DNA of 64,000 nt from Octopus bimaculoides (taxonomy: Eukaryota), in contig NC_068991.1 of assembly GCF_001194135.2 (NCBI RefSeq), positions 29,646,902 through 29,710,901 on the forward strand, read 5' to 3'. The notes under the pieces were generated by a model. The model was not told the origin of the DNA. It worked only from the letters and a program-made list of their open reading frames with translations, and did not search any database. Below, piece by piece: positions 62,185 to 64,000 of this stretch (positions are counted from its first letter, which is position 1; every line of letters begins with the position of its first letter). A program made the position numbers and the translations under genes.

Positions 62185-62949
62185 TCCATATACTTACATG
62201 CGCAAATAAATATACAGAGATATATGCACATACATATATATAAATATATATATTGCACAGATATACACATACGCATATACATACGTATGTGTGCGTGTGT
62301 GTGTGTGCGTGCGTGTGTGTGCGTGTTTGTGTGTATGTATGTATGTGTATATGTATGAATGTAAATGCATGTATGAATTTGTGTCTAGGTATATAGATCT
62401 ATATACGTTGTCGTATCTTTATATATATGTCTGTATGCACGTATGCATGTATGTATATGAATGCGACAAATGACGTTCATAAGGAGACAGTGGTAATGGG
62501 TATGGGATGCTAGTTGAGTCCCAGGAGTGTACTGGAGTCTAAATTCAACCCATTCCACAGTAAATGAGTGCAGCAGACGTCTTATGTCACGCCTCATTGA
62601 TTGCAAACATTTACAAGGTAACCTAATTAATGAACGATTTCTCCTTCAGCCTCTCATTTTGTTCCTCTAAACTATATATACACTCTCTCGTTCTCTCTCA
62701 GTCTATCTGTCTGTCTGTCTCTGTGCAATTCTGGTTGCCTCTCTCTCTCTCTCTCTCATCTTTCCCTTTCTCTCCCGCCCTTTCCTTACATATATAATCA
62801 CTATTGCAGTTGATTTATACATTCACAGTCAGTTTGCAAATACAACACTCCGCGGTATTTCAACCAGAAAAGAAACTGTGCAACATTAACTACAGCGTTT
62901 GTATATCGCAATAACTACAACACACATACGCGCACACACACGCACACAC

Positions 62950-63028
<79 letters not shown>

Positions 63029-63169
63029 GTAGCAGCAGCAGCAACAACAACAACGCTACAAACGTTTCAGTATAAACTCATGTGATTGTACTCCTTCTTC
63101 AACTTCTGTTTATTATTATTACCATTTCTATTAGTGAGAATTCTCAGTTGCGTGAGACGGGTGTATTAA

Positions 63170-63480
63170 CGCTGCTGAGACATGACGCCACCAAAAGGAA
63201 TATTATATATAACTTCCGGTCCACAACCCTGTTAAATGCAGAGGTTAGAATTTTGGCCAAAGTATTAGCAAACTGGTTGAGGCATGTTGTAGGTGGTTTG
63301 ATCAGAGTAGTACAAACGAGTGCGATTCCCAATTGACCCAGTTACGAAAACCTCCACCTCATGCGATGCATCAGATAGAGAGTGAGTAACAAATCTGGAT
63401 TTGGCGCTGCTGGGGTCCGGATCAATCTGGAATAGTCGAAAGCCTTCAATAGAGTCGACGATCGCAATAAGTGCGTCGAT
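63170..63480 (+). mobile_element. L1/Tx1-type reverse transcriptase fragment
   Basis: NFRSTTLLNAEVRILAKVLANWLRHVVGGLIRVVQTSAIP..YENLHLMR..INLE*SKAFNRVD (RT domains 1-3, DxxKAFDRV-like). Confidence 0.8.
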
Positions 63481-64000
63481 CAAATACCTGTTATTTGTTT
63501 AGTTTCCTTGAAACCCTGGGTGCAAATCCTGCACTGAAAAATTTATATTTTATCGTCCTCTGCGATCAATAAAAATAAGCTCCATTCACGTATGATACAG
63601 ACAAGAGCAGTGGTGAAGATGTTCATTTTGCAATTACCAGAACCGCGTTCGATCACACTCCTTGAACAGGTTACATCTACGGTCCCCTTCAATTGTTCCA
63701 ATGTTTGTCAGTGGAAAGTAAGTATCTGAAAGCTGTAGAATCCCGAGGGATTGAGTTACTTGCTATTCAAATAACCAATTTACCATACATGCTGATTATA
63801 CTTGCTTATTATGTTAGAGTTACAAGTAGCTAAAATATTCAGCCAATTTGCACTATTATTCAATAAGTAGGTACTTCAGTACTCGAACTACTGGAATGTA
63901 CTCATCGGTGATTTCAATGGAGGATCCATATAATTATATTTTTTACTTTTTCAGTAGCTAAGTCGGCGTAATTTCTTCACTTCTCAACATATTGCTACAA

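Noticed and set aside
63590-63723. Strong GTAAGT donor at 63718 after an open frame
   Set aside because: No convincing upstream acceptor or recognisable peptide.

Overview
Eukaryotic, AT-rich, repeat-saturated draft scaffold with about a dozen N gaps and very dense (TA)n/(CA)n/(TATG)n/trinucleotide microsatellites. The recurring tRNA-derived SINE families and overall texture point to an octopus or other coleoid cephalopod genome (inference, no database search). There is no intact protein-coding gene I can name. Almost all ORFs in the track are microsatellite or gap read-through. The protein-like ones are decayed transposon ORFs: Penelope-like RT/GIY-YIG, CR1/L2-group LINEs, an R4/Dong-like LINE, L1/Tx1-like ORF1 and RT pieces, and several Tc1/mariner transposases. 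A few short + strand splice-bounded segments and two promoter-like islands may belong to host genes with long introns. The main signal not shown by the ORF track is about 12 type I hammerhead ribozyme (HHR)-like motifs read by eye on both strands. Some sit in Penelope pseudo-LTRs as expected, some in short fold-back elements with long inverted repeats, and three belong to a family with a non-canonical core (U or C at position 6). One well-folded HHR overlaps the stop codon of an apparently ORF1-only L1/Tx1-like element. All ribozyme calls are pattern and base-pairing predictions, not tested activity.
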